Assembly: GCF_001194135.2 (NCBI RefSeq)
Contig: NC_068995.1
Coordinates: forward strand, 55,489,188-55,553,187
DNA length: 64,000 nucleotides
Direction of reading: 5' to 3'
Source: Octopus bimaculoides
Lineage: Eukaryota
The stretch's first letter is position 1; the number at the start of each line of letters is the position of its first letter. Positions 12,865 through 26,716 of the stretch are shown here, in pieces. A program made the translations under genes and the position numbers. The notes beneath the pieces were generated by a model. The model searched no databases. It saw nothing but the letters and a program-made list of their open reading frames with translations, and was not told the origin of the DNA.

Positions 12865-14086
12865 GATATAGACCTGAATGAATAAATGGTATAGAATTGA
12901 ATCTCGTCCGACTCAAGACGGAAAGCATCTCCGATTTTCATCATGGCTCAGATGACAAAACCGTTAGAGGGTCCCCAGAAAATATTCTCTTACAAGTCCT
13001 GGCTACCTCCAAAAATTCACTCGAGGAACTTTAACTAGATATCAACAATAAGAAGAACTTCAGCCATTCTCGGCAACGACCACAAAGCAAACGGAGCCAT
13101 TGATTTAATTTGGTGAAATAATATTGGAGAACCTGGCCTCTTTCTCTATACTGGAAATCACTTTTCCTCGAATGATGGTATTTGTATTCTTAAAGCATAT
13201 TCTTAAAGAGTTACAATAGTTTTTGTATGCGTCGCCACTGCAGACTTTCTTGAATCCGCCATCCAACTTGTAACCAGTTTCTTATGAGTAAAAAATATCG
13301 TCAATGAATGTCGTCGCAGTAAATAAGAAATTTTTATAAAGGCTCAATGTTATCAGTTGGTATGACATTATTGCATTATGTTTTGTTGATGTTTTTCTTT
13401 ATTGTATTTTTTGCTTTTTCTTTTTCTTTCAGAATCTATAATTCATTCTTAAAAAGTGACAGTAATTCTCTGTTGCTGTTGAAACTTACGGCACTCTCAG
13501 TGAAAGGGATTAAGACTGCTATGAACATATTAATCAACTTCCATTTATTTTATCTGAATCCATTATACTATGCTGGGGAATTTTAATGCTTATGATATAC
13601 TTTGCTGACAAGAGAGACTTCTTGTCTATACACAGATTGTATTTCTAATAAGCATATAAATAAATTTTGAGAAATTAATTGTTATTATCTTCAACATATT
13701 TCCATTTTACTCTGAGAGTCGCCAACAATTACTGCCAGGCTTATATTTTCTCACTACAACTAAAATGAATGTTACAATTAATCAATTAATTCCAGTAAAT
13801 TAAGAATTCTTCGTACATATGTTTTACGATCATCTGTTTCAGATCACCTTACATCATGACGCTTTTGTTTTTATGCCACCTTCTTTCAAATCATCCCCTA
13901 AGGTATTTAATTGAATATTCGTTTGAACGAATATATACTAGAACCGGAGTAGAAATGTGGAATTAGATTTGGTAACCATTACTGACGCAATACAACACCT
14001 CTACAGCATCAGTTGAGCATCGAAACTGTCATGTTTCCATCAAATCTCTCAATCTCTCACTAGGCCATAGTGCGTATGTGTATGCA

Positions 14087-14132
<46 letters not shown>

Positions 14133-14184
14133 NNNNNNNNNNNNNNNNNNNNNNNNNNNNNNNNNNNNNNNNNNNNNNNNNNNN

Positions 14185-14233
<49 letters not shown>

Positions 14234-15175
14234 GTGTATATGTACATGTATGTATGTATATATGTATGTATGTGTGCATGTCTGTATGTATGCATGTTTG
14301 TATGCTTTTATGTATGCATATATATATATATATATATATAATATTAGGGACAAAATCCAAAATTACAGGTAAAAACTCAATGAAAATCAATTTATAAAAA
14401 ATTAAAATTAAATTGAGCTTTATAGATAAAATATATATAAAATATATAGTTTTATATACACTCACACATACATATACATATATGTACCTGATATTTAAAG
14501 CGTTTGCACGCGCATGTCGGATGAAGGGAAGGCTACGCTTGGAGGGCTTCTCGTATTTCTCACCGATAGTAATGGACATAGGATGAAACATAAAGAAGCA
14601 ATAACATTCACAAAATCGGTAAGTTATTCCAACATCAACAACAGAAATCGAAATATCCATCATGATGACAACCGCGAAAATGAGGATTACATCGACTAAA
14701 ATGACAACGACAATGATGCGGATTGTGTTGGTGGTGGAGACGACCGTGACAATAATGACGACGACGACGACGACGACAACGATGGAAAGGCAAGGAAAAG
14801 GAAAGCTGCAAGAAGAACCAATGGAAGCCAGCTGAATGGCTTTCTGCATCACATGCTGAGGCGAGTGACCTTCCCTGGGCTGTGTAGGAAATTTTCACTA
14901 AAATCTGATAAATAGTTTGGAGGCATAAAAGTTGCGAAGCTATAAGACAAGACAACAATGCTCGTCGGTATTACAAAGAAAGAAGAAATTTATCAAATTT
15001 ATAAACACCAATGACAAAGAGAGACACCAAAAGAAGAAGATGAAACATAACGGCAACCATATGCAAAATACAATGAAAGAACAAAGATAAGCATAAATGT
15101 GAGTTGGTTACAAATACACATAATCAAAAGACAGGATGTAGAGAAAAGTTTAAGAGAAAAAGAAGAAAGACTTAC

Positions 15176-15217
15176 TTATAACTAAGAAACTCTGCCCATG
15201 GTTTGCTGTTAGGCATT
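15176..15217 (-). CDS. Candidate small symmetric exon (42 nt)
   Basis: Long polypyrimidine acceptor cttttccttctgtcttcctctccttcactctccacag and donor AA|gtaagt; two open frames (MPNSKPWAEFLSY or CLTANHGQSFLVI). Confidence 0.25.
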
Positions 15218-15530
15218 CTGTGGAGAGTGAAGGAGAGGAAGACAGAAGGAAAAGTCACTGAAAAATCGAAAACAAAGACAAAAGCAAAGATTTTAAAAAA
15301 ATGAAAGCCAACAAACCGAAGCAAAGTATTTTGTAGCCTGTAGTGTAAATAAGCAAATAAGTAAATGAGTAAATAAGTTATAGAATACATCGTGACTTAG
15401 GCATTATTAGAACAAACAGCGATGGTTATGTGTATATATCGTAGCGTCTGTGTGTGGAAGTATATGGTTATTTGTGTAATAAGTTGTAGGTTGTTACAAG
15501 GAAAATGGAATACTTAATAACAGTACAACG

Positions 15531-15599
<69 letters not shown>

Positions 15600-15944
15600 T
15601 AAAGATATCGCGAAATAATGATAATACATTGTAGCTTAAAAGTATCATGTTCAACGTATACCAAGCATTCATTAGACATTAGAGCGATCAATTCAATCAG
15701 AATATATGTTAATGACAAACTACTTAAGTTCGTCTGCTAGTTATCTGGCAAACCGAATCAATGTGTGTGGATGTGCGTCTGTCTGTCTGTCTGTGTGCGC
15801 ACGTCTGCGTGCGTTCGTATGCGTGTGTGCGAGTATGCACTTCTGCTGTCTGTGTGAGTGTGCACATGTAGATACATACATGCATTCACACATGATATGC
15901 ATGCATGCTTCCAAACTTTGATAGTTAGGTGTGCGCATCTATGG

Positions 15945-16520
15945 TTCAATGGAACAATGTCATTTCTCTCGCTGTATCATCATCCGCCATTTTTCCGCCA
16001 TTTCGGGGCGACTTTACTTCCGTCAACAACGCAACGTGCGTTTCGCCGCTGCTGAGAAGCATGGATTTGGTTTTGTAATAATTTGGGTTGTCGTAACCAG
16101 GAATTCTATTGGTCCTTTAGTTATTCCATGGCAGAATCAAAGTCGAGGATTATTTAAATATTTCGGTCCGTTCTAAGGTACATTGATCCCTCATGATAGA
16201 GCAATCTTCCAAGACGATGCAGCTCCGTATCACACGGTGAAGGTTATTCAAAGTTGGTATAAAGAGCAAAAGAGAGAAGTGGACCACTTAAATTGGCCTC
16301 CATGCTAAGTGGATTTCTTTATAATCGAACATTTATGGTGCATTTTGGAGCAGCAATGGGCGCCCCTACTGTCGCCAGCGTGACTAAAACAACTAAAGCA
16401 GTTTTTTACTTGAAGAATGGCTCGATATCCCCTTAAAACCGTTTAGGAACCTTACGGGTCAATTCTTTGAGGTATTTAAGCTGTCAATTATACCAAAGAT
16501 GGACCAACGCCGTATCAAAT
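15945..16520 (+). mobile_element. Decayed Tc1/mariner-superfamily transposase (C-terminal DDE domain, DD36E spacing)
   Basis: Translation gives QWNNVISLAVSS (WxxVxFSDES-like), SGRLYF..EKHGFGFVIIW (KHGGGSVMVW-like), then in one frame at 16201-16359 AIFQDDAAPYHTVKVIQSWYKEQKREVDHLNWPPC*VDFFIIEHLW, and a terminal I*AVNYTKDGPTPY (AVIKAKGGPTPY-like). Stops and frameshifts are present; no TIRs seen. Confidence 0.85.
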
Positions 16521-16532
16521 AGTAAAATACTC

Positions 16533-16848
16533 AACTTCCGTTTCACCCGCATCCACGTGTTTTCCACATTTTGTGTGTGGACATCTTGATCATGAGGATC
16601 AACAAAATGTTGTTGGTGTATAATCACCTCGTGCGTGTAGGCACCACCATTGAGGATTCCTGTGTTATTATATGCTCGCCATCCATCGCTGATTATCTGA
16701 GACCCAGGCAAAATCCACCTTTGTATCAATTCAGTTAAAGTTTCTTCTTCGACCAAAAAACACTTTCTTGAGACTCTCTCTATGCCACCGAATACCCGAT
16801 GCCCCTTTGTTTCTATGACTACTTATCTCCCCCTTAATTTTGATTTAC
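16533..16848 (-). mobile_element. Merlin / IS1595 (ISXO2-like) DDE transposase fragment
   Basis: Minus-strand frame reads KGHRVFGGIERVSRKCFLVEEETLTELIQRWILPGSQIISDGWRAY...HEVIIHQQHFVDPHDQDVHTQNVENTWMRVKRKL. This matches the WVFGGIER / IxSDxWxAY / HTQNIENxW motifs of ISXO2-like transposases. Confidence 0.88.
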
Positions 16849-17868
16849 TTTTTTATTAAACTAAACTCAACAATTACCCTATTAATTATAGGTATAGATG
16901 CGCTGTGTATAAACTCGGACGACGTATTCACCAGCAACTGTCAGCCAACCTCTATTATTTTTTATATCATTCTTTACTTTTAGATATTTCGTTTCTCTCC
17001 CGATCAACTGTATCATCCCCGTTATATTATTTTCATATGGCAGAAGTTTTAAAGGAAATGTACCGAATTTTTCAAATGCATGTGTATGTATGTATGTATT
17101 TATGTATGTATGTATGTATGTATGTATGTATGTATGTATGTATGTATGTATGTATGAGTGTGTGTGTGCGCGCGTGGCTTTATGTGTTTCTGTCGATGCT
17201 ATGCGTTCTAAGAAGTGGATCAACAGGGGTTTGATTGATGACGCATCTACTATGGAGCCGTATTAAAGTTTGATCGCTACAGCTTATAGCAAAATACGTA
17301 CATGTAAGACACATGCGCGCGGCCCACACTTACGCACATAAGAGGAACACAGACACACGTACAATGACAATTAATATTTGTTATATAAACCCTGTGTGCA
17401 TATATGTATACATAATCATATATATATATCATATATAGAGAGAGGTGAGCAGATAGGCATAGAGACAGACTGATAGATAGACAGATAGATAGAAAGAGAG
17501 AGATATAAATAGGTATACACCCATACACTTTGTAATCACAAATATTATCGAGTGTGTATGCATTTATAGATAGATAGATGCATACATACATACTTACATA
17601 CATATATACATAAATATAGATACATGCACGCAAATACACATTCACTCACACACACACACGCACACGCACACACACACATACATGTATACTAGATTATTTT
17701 TCTAGGTTTGTTCTAAAGTCAGTTCATTCATGTGATCTTTGGTGTGTTACCTCATTCTCCTAAGGCATCTATCTAAATATATTAAAACATGTATATACAT
17801 AAACGCATAAAAGTCCCTTTTCCTAGCATGTTCCCCATCATATACACATTCACGTATACACACATATA

Positions 17869-17903
<35 letters not shown>

Positions 17904-18467
17904 TCTATGTGGCTATATATTACATATTTACATTCATGTATAAATACTTACATATTTAAAACATGCTGCATAAATATGCAAGCAAACACCATTACGTATC
18001 TGCATGCGTTTATATAATTCTGCATTGTTTGTGTTTCAATATTTTTTCATATATATATGTTGATGTTGTCGCATTCGCATACAAACATTAAACGATAAAC
18101 ACACTTCTATATCTATATTCATTCTATAGCTCATTCATGTGTTAATGTATATTTACATACGTTCATTTCTATGCCTTCGGTAACATTATTTATCAACGCC
18201 TTTCTCACTGTCTCTCCGCTTCATTTTTCTCTCTTACTCCACGTACTTTGTATCCTTCTATCTTTCTTTCTCTCTCTCTGTCTCTGATTCTCTCACTCAC
18301 TCTACTCCTAACAATATCCCGCAAGCCCATTGCTCAATACGTATTGAACGCACACAATGACGTAGGTTACACATTGGAGCGAAACCCTCAAAATACCTAC
18401 CACTATCACACCCACCATTCCACTGACACTGCGATATACATACATACATACATACACACATACGTAC

Positions 18468-18529
<62 letters not shown>

Positions 18530-18955
18530 ATATATATATATGTATATATATATATGTATATATATATCTATCTATATATATATANNNNNNNNNNNNNNNN
18601 NNNNNNNNNNNNNNNNNNNNNNNNNNNNNNNNNNNNNNNNNNNNNNNNNNNNNNNNNNNNNNNNNNNNNNNNNNNNNNNNNNNNNNNNNNNNNNNNNNNN
18701 NNNNNNNNNNNNNNNNNNNNNNNNNNNNNNNNNNNNNNNNNNNNNNNNNNNNNNNNNNNNNNNNNNNNNNNNNNNNNNNNNNNNNNNNNNNNNNNNNNNN
18801 NNNNNNNNNNNNNNNNNNNNNNNNNNNNNNNNNNNNNNNNNNNNNNNNNNNNNNNNNNNNNNNNNNNNNNNNNNNNNNNNNNNNNNNNNNNNNNNNNNNN
18901 NNNNNNNNNNNNNNNNNNNNNNNNNNNNNNNNNNNNNNNNNNNNNNNNNNNNNNN

Positions 18956-18994
<39 letters not shown>

Positions 18995-21706
18995 TTGTAA
19001 GTGGGATGAAATAAAAGAATATAAAATATTAAATATAAAAAATAGATACTTTACCAGAAAACCCACAATATTAAAATAAGTTATAGCATTTTATCTTCAT
19101 ACTTCACTTGAGTTTCCCAATGAATTGTGAACTCCCTTTATTTTCGCATGGGGAAAATACATACATTTCTCCCACCGTTTTTTTTTTCTTTTTTTTCTTC
19201 TTTTTGTTTCCTTTTTTGACATCGCCTCCGCGAAAAAAGAATAATAATAATAAAAATTCAGATGAGATTGTGACATATTGATTTCTATTGACAAGGTACA
19301 AAATCTTTAATGCATTATAGAAGAAAAATAGGTTTCTATGATATTTATCCAGTTTACAAATATTATTATAAGGTATATCATAATAGCTTCAGCGTACCTT
19401 CTGCTACAATATAGTACCACTGGTTGCTATCTTATTTTCGTTGAACCTCTTTGCTTGAGCCGTCAAGAGAAACACTTGTTGGTGTCTCAAGGTATTAGAA
19501 ACAGACACCAATTTTTTCATTGGAATGAATAACTTCCCGATGGTTCTCCGTCGTTATTGACGTTTAGAATTCAATATTTTCGATCAAGGAATTACGTTCA
19601 CATTGATTTAGCGTGCGAGTGGTTGAGTGTCCCTTAACATAATTCTAAAGCAAAATCAGTGAATCAGAGTGTGTAACAATGCTGTACAATTTGAATTGCA
19701 GCTACAATACCTTCGATATGCTTGCATCTAATTTCAGTTCACACAGTTATACTCAGATTTTGAGTCATATAATAAAACCTCACTCGTTGATTATATCATC
19801 AAATATAAGGAAAATAGAAATACTCAAATAACATAATAGGTTCCTATTGTTGAATCAGAAATAAAAGCATACGAAAGAAAACATGTAAAAATAATTGCAA
19901 CTACGGCTAGGAAAAACGTTTCACTAAAGGATAAGTCAGTTTTCTTAATATAAAAGAAGCAATGATACATAATAAAATGACATCAATTTTCCAGAACGTT
20001 TGGTTCCAAAGTCCTTCCGAATGACTGACTTTTCTGAACTAGGGGTGATCACCGCTGTTGACGCAATCTAAATTAAACCAATATTTAATTTACTTCGATA
20101 ATTAAATGAAATACAGATTACCTGTACATTAGTATAAGCAATACAAGTCTATTAATACTGTATTATACAAGGTAGCAGGGAAATAATCAGGTAGCAGCTG
20201 GGATTTGTAGTTCCTGCTTGTAAATTAGTACAGATCAGGAAAGTCGATGCTGTACATGCAGATAAAATTAAGTATGCAAATAATATTTTAAGTCGCTCAT
20301 TAATTCGTATTATAACACTTGAATACAATCACAACCTAATCTATGTGGTCGCATTACACGTATGTGAAAGAAAATCATATTTTATTTAATATCTACAATA
20401 ATGAAAAAAAGTAATCGTACACTGAAATTTTCATGTGTCCTTCTTGTGTATAATTGTCTTTTCATATAACTGCTTTTCTCTTTATTTGTGTGTGTATGTG
20501 TGTCTGTCTGTGTCTGTCTGTCTGTGTCTGTCTGTGTCTATGTGTGTGTGCGTGTGTGTATGTGTGTGTGTGTTTGTGTGCATATCTGTGTGTGTCTCTT
20601 GAATTCTTTGTAACAGCAATGTTGTCTCTCAAGCTATTTTATGCCATCAAGAAGCACATTTCGCTTCGCAAATGCATTGCCCCAGGTTTAATCTAACTGC
20701 TCGCCTGCCCAGCTCATTACGTTCCGATATATATCTCTCTCTCGTACACAATTCTCTCTGAATGGAAATTCGGTTGACAGAAACTGGGAAGATCCGTCAT
20801 TTACATACACACGCACGAATACACACACACATACACTGGCACGTGTAACTACACACACGCATACATACGTACATGCATACACACGTACACACATACGTAC
20901 ATGCATACACAAAAGCATACATGCATACATAAGTACATACATGCATGCATACATGAATGAATACATAAATACATATATGCATGCATACTTAAAGAACAGT
21001 ACCGAAACTTGATTGAAGCATTGCGATAAAGAAATACACTAACAAAATAGTGAAGATAGCTTCTTACAATACGAAATGGAAAAACAATTCATAACCTTTA
21101 TATATTTCAAGCACAAACGCCCATCATCAGAAATAAAGAATCGAGAAATGTTAGTCTTCACTACCAACCATGTTGGATATTGTTTACTTCTTATGATGAG
21201 CATTGTGACTTCTCTGTTTTCACAATTTTCCTATTATACACATAAGTGCGTCTGCAAAAACATGCATAAGTAAAATGTAAACAAACGTCAAAAATTTAGT
21301 GTTGTTCCCATGTGTTTGCGTGTCTGTGTAATTTTTTCACTGATCCCTTGAGGTGGTTTTGCTGCGTCGTATTGGAGAACCAATCACCCGTCACTCTGGC
21401 CTTCAATAACAAAGTAATCCGTGACGTACTCGCTGTAAATCTGTATCCAATAACCTTAGTGTTAACCCTTTTGTGCCCACAGTGCAATAGAAATAAATGA
21501 ATAAAACCGAAGCGTGTGCCAGCATACTACATATTTATCATTGCCTTGAAATGCTGAGGTCAAATTCTCTGGAGAGGTAATCCATACAACAGAGAAAAGA
21601 TTAACTAAAACAAGACCAATATCAGAAAATGTGAGCCAAATGAGCAGCGACATGTCTCTGAGTATGCAAACGATAGCAAACAAATTTCCTTCAAATCAAA
21701 CCTTAC

Positions 21707-21747
21707 CGTCTAATAAAAAAAGGAATAGCATACTGAGTAAACAGGAC
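21707..21747 (-). CDS. Candidate small internal exon (41 nt)
   Basis: Acceptor tctttttcattttttcag and donor CG|gtaagg; two open frames (VLFTQYAIPFFIR or SCLLSMLFLFLLD). Confidence 0.22.
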
Positions 21748-22089
21748 CTGAAAAAATGAAAAAGACTCGATAACTGCAACTGGAAACTATTCAGCTGTAA
21801 GCAAGATCAATCAGAGATGGCTCGGGAGTTAAGCAATAAAACGCACTTCGTATTGTAAGTATTTAGGCTGAGATAAGCGAAACGTAGGCTGACAAGAACA
21901 TAAAATCTGTATTAGGTGTTTATTTTGCTTAGATTGCATTATTATCGTTCCATCCATCAATTTCCTCCGTCCACAATTCCTGAGAGGGAATGTCGTGTGA
22001 ATAGAATCTCATCCATAATGTCCTATCAGATTCAAACATTATTACAGTTTTCTGTTTTCTTGTCTTCAATTACTAAAGGTTGTTAGCTT

Positions 22090-22290
22090 CTGAAACCGAT
22101 TCGGTGCCTCCAGAGACACACATCCTTTATGCTTCCCAACCCACGTCCCCCAGATTAAGTTGCAGGCTTTTTGCTGGTTGTACAGGAATGGAGTGGAAGC
22201 TGACATGTTTTTCGAATGGACCCTTCTACCTAAACTTTGAATGCGTCCTTTATTACTCCGTACAAAGGACGATGCGACTAGAAAACGTCG
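22090..22290 (+). mobile_element. Possible pogo/Tigger-like (DDE_1) transposase relic
   Basis: Frameshifted reading FAGCT-GNGVEADMFFEWTLLPKL*MRPLLL resembles the NGWMxxExFxEW...RPxLLxxD segment of DDE_1 transposases. Short and degenerate. Confidence 0.35.
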
Positions 22291-22514
22291 CATAAAGAAC
22301 TTTCCCTATGTACATACACCACTTTAGCTTCCGTGTTCATTTTCCATGGAAATCGACCGGTATCTTTTTTCACTTTCTGCTCCCAATAAGCAATAAGTGG
22401 CAGTTCAAGACAGTTCGACTGAATTTGGCTATTTCTTGCAATAAATTCCTCTTAGAAATAATCATTATTCTAGATGAATTTGACTAAATCTTTCAGTCAA
22501 TATCTTGGTTTTGT

Positions 22515-22596
22515 AAGGCAGCGAGCTGGCAGAATTATTAGCCCGTCGGACAAAAATGCTTATTCCGTCTCTACGTTCTGAATTCAAATTCCGCTG
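22515..22596 (+). mobile_element. SINE family B, head only
   Basis: aaggcagcgagctggcagaattattagc..tacgttctgaattcaaattccgc. Confidence 0.75.
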
Positions 22597-22694
22597 CATT
22601 GTGATTGTTTTAGTTTCATCATATGATCTCACATCGAATGACTTGCCAGATCAAATACATCTGGCAATATGTGTTATGATATGTCAAATATGTA

Positions 22695-22735
<41 letters not shown>

Positions 22736-23688
22736 CACATTTCGATGTTTCTTGGAAGCCAGAATTCAGTTTTTTATGCTACAAAATAATCACCAAGGAA
22801 GGAGAGAATTGCCGATCTTGTGAAGTATCATGAGTAGAATGTAATTATCATCATTAATAGTTTCATTATCGTTAATTAAATCTGCAATATTTCCCTACAT
22901 TTCTATTGCTATCTATTAAAATTCCGTGTATATACACTCTTTAATCGCAGCACACAACTTTTAAATTTCATATTCTGCTGCAGGAATCGAATTAAGTCGA
23001 CTTATCCTGCTTCTGATATTTTCTATCTAAATTTATATTTACTGTAGTTTTTGATTAAGAATGACATTGCTGGAAGCTCTAGTAATATAGCAATGATAGG
23101 ATTGTGTTTAATATTTAGCTTCAAGTGTTCGTGTAAGTATTTTGCTGGAACAGATTAAAAAATAAAGAGTACGAGATTTCTAAGAATAGTAATCCTCTTG
23201 TTTTCTGAAAAAAGAAAAGAGAAAATTTCAGTAGTGGGATTGCAAATGAATATCAGGAATTTTAAAGATTTAAAATAAAATTCATCGATAAATTTGTAGA
23301 ACTTTTTAGACGATTTTTAATTTAAAACTAACATTTATCAAATTTTATAGATTTTCTTAAAATTCTGATGGATGTTATTATTGAAGCTTATCTCTCTAGC
23401 ACAACCTGTGTAAAAAAAAATTCAACATAATTTTAGTCCAGAAAGTTATACTTATCAGAACGAAGCACAAAACACACACACACACACACATACGCGCACA
23501 TGCACGCACACACACGCGCGCACGCACACACACACACACACATACGCGAGCGTGTGTGTGTCAGTGTTAAAACAAAAACGACCCTTCTTCAAACAAAATA
23601 AAAAGGATACCAAAAAAAAAATAATAAAACTTGGAACGCAGATTCGAAATGATAAGTTTATTCTGAAAAGTGCAAAGCAGCAGCATTA

Positions 23689-23754
23689 ATGGAATGGTCT
23701 GAATGGATCTCACATGGAATGGATCTCACATGGAATGGTCTGAATGGATCTCAC
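23689..23754. repeat. 25-16-25 bp composite tandem repeat
   Basis: atggaatggtctgaatggatctcac / atggaatggatctcac / atggaatggtctgaatggatctcac. Confidence 0.95.
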
Positions 23755-26577
23755 ATTATTTTTCTCTGGTGTATGAAGAACATTCAAAACGAAACAACAA
23801 ACAACGGTGAAATAACGTTGATATATTTGCTCAAAGGTTCCATACCGTTACAAATAATTCAATACCAAAAATATTAGGAAAGTTTTCTACCTTCTTTTAT
23901 TTGCTGAAAGATGTTATTGCAAAGGAGAGATAAGAGGCTCTCTTGTGATACAAACTAATGATCACGTGTCTTCTTCACGAAGTAGAAGAATGGTTATTGG
24001 TTCGCTGTTATATACGTTTCGATGTCGTCTGCTGCCCTCTACCACAACGCCCTAAGATACAATGTTTTACCTTATATATATATATATATNNNNNNNNNNT
24101 ATAGCATTTATGTTAGGATGTGGAGATGGACTGGAGCAAGAAGGTGGTAAGGGAGGAGAGGTGATTGATAAATAACTTATTAGCACCCAGCCGTTTACTT
24201 TGCTACAACGATAGATGGATTGTAAGACTTTCATACAAATCTTTACATTTGGTAAAAGTAGTCATCACACATCACATATGTTCTTTGTGTTCCACTATGA
24301 AATAGCTGCGGGAGTAATTGTTCTATTTACATATTAGAACGATGGCGAGAAAATAAATATTGATTCAGCTAGGTTTGTCGAAAAAACTATCGCGCTGATT
24401 TTACATTTATTTTCAAATCATAAATCTTCGTGTAAATATATTCTTTACCAATAGGTTGCTTAAACATTGTTTTGTTGTATTAGTATGCATTCCGCATCTA
24501 TACAGCTATTTTAGACTCTTTATACAACCATTCGTTATGATGCTGGTACAAAAGGAGACGAAACAATTATGGTACTCCAGAGTAAAGTTTATAATGTTCA
24601 GTCGTTGTTAGAAGTTAAAAAAGAAAACAAAACAAAACAAATTTAAGATAATGTTACCCAACCCAGCTGGCCGTTGGGGCATTAATGAAAACTTGGTCTT
24701 CATATAATGATTAACTTAGAACACATTACTTTGGCTTCTTGTTGGCTCTTCCTGAACTATAGAGAGCTGAACAAATAAAACACACGTTGTTAGTTAAGTT
24801 GTAATGAAATTTTATGAGAGCCATTCTTCTTTAGGTCATATTGATACTTTCATCGGGTTAACTTAACGTCTCAGTAATTTCATATCACTGTAATGGAATT
24901 TACAAAACGAATAAGAACATATGTTGCTTAATGTGCATACATACAAATATACATAAACATATATGTATACCTATATACAAACATACACACGCACGCATAT
25001 GTATACATGCGTGTAAACACCTATATTATATATATACGCACTCATACACTCACACGTATAAGTTTTATGGAAGAGTACACAAAACCAAGATACTGAATTC
25101 AAATTTTGTCACAAGGCCAGCAATTTCGGGGTGGGGGATGTAATTTTTCCTTTCTAGCGAAGAATCTTATCTACACATGTATCTTACACTTTTTTCACAG
25201 ATAATTTCTCAGCCATTTAACACCCGAAAAATGTCTACTCTTGTGTCTAACATAGTGTGGTCTCATATTTTGGCTGGAGGAAAGAAAAAGAACCACTTGA
25301 ATAAGGAGAAATTCTAAACTAACTAATACTAGATGAACTTCTAAATTGACAGCTAATATTTTCATGTAAATATTAGAAATTGAATCACCGATTTGAGACA
25401 ATGAAAAAGGCCAAAAGCACCACCTGACGAGACTCAAACAATAGCCACATTGTTTACCAGACAGCGGGTAATTAGAAATATTCGAGTAGAGAAGCTTGTT
25501 TGAAAGTGGATTTTGTAATATCTGTTATCATTATAATCACGTATTGTTTCATAATATAAATATAAACCGTCATTTCCTTAAACCATATTCAGCTTCTAAA
25601 AGAAGGCATAATTGTTATGAAAATAACTTTAACTAATTTTCAGTTCAATTATCTTTTATGAGGCACTGAGAAACGATTTCATCGCAAGAAAATTTGGAGC
25701 GAAAATACTATGCATATCCTTCATTCATGTTGCACTCACATACTGACAAGGTACTTGTTAGAGGTGATGTATGGGATGAAGTGTATATGAGAAAGATTTC
25801 AGGCCTGAGACACATCCTTGTTGATATAGTGTGTGTGTGTGCGTGTGTGTACATATGTGTGTGTACATGTCTGTGATCCCTTCGTCAAATCTGTGAGTGA
25901 TTGTGATGGTGAGTGTCTGTGTGATTGTGATGGTGTTTGTGCGTGTGTGTATGTGTGTGTTTGTGTAAGTGTCTGTGTGTATGTGATTGTGATGAGCATG
26001 AATGTGATTGTGTGTGTGTGTGTGTGTCTGTACATGTGCGTGAATGTGATGTGTGTGTGAGTGTCTGTATGTGTGACTGTGATGTTTTCGCGTGTGTCTG
26101 TGCGTCTGTGTATGTGTGTGTGTGATTTTGATGTGCGTGAATGTGATTGAATGTGTGTGTGTGCGTGTGTGAGTGTGTGTGTCAGTGAGTTCCATAGGTA
26201 GAACCCGCAACAGTGTGATTTAAAAGGAAGCTTCTTATTCAGAAGATGAGAGATTTTGGAGTCTACAGACGCCAATTTTGACAGGGGATTAGCATGACGG
26301 ATCAGCCTGAATGTTTTCACAAGATTCCTTTGAAGCGGGAACACCACCCACCTTCAGGTGGATTACACAGGAATAGATTAATCTTTATGGAAGCCGTACC
26401 GGTGGATATTAAGTTTAGAGTTATTCAATGTATTAGAGAATTCCTGCATTAAAGATTGATTCCGTTACCTTCAAAATTGAGCGCGATAGGGCGACGTTCG
26501 GCACGATCAAACTAGTTACTCTTCTTGAGAAGAAAAGGGATACACTGTAGCGTATTTTCAAGGGAAAGACAGACAGA

Positions 26578-26716
<139 letters not shown>

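Noticed and set aside
23689-23754. CRISPR-like repeat
   Set aside because: No unique spacers, only three abutting units, eukaryotic context and no cas genes.
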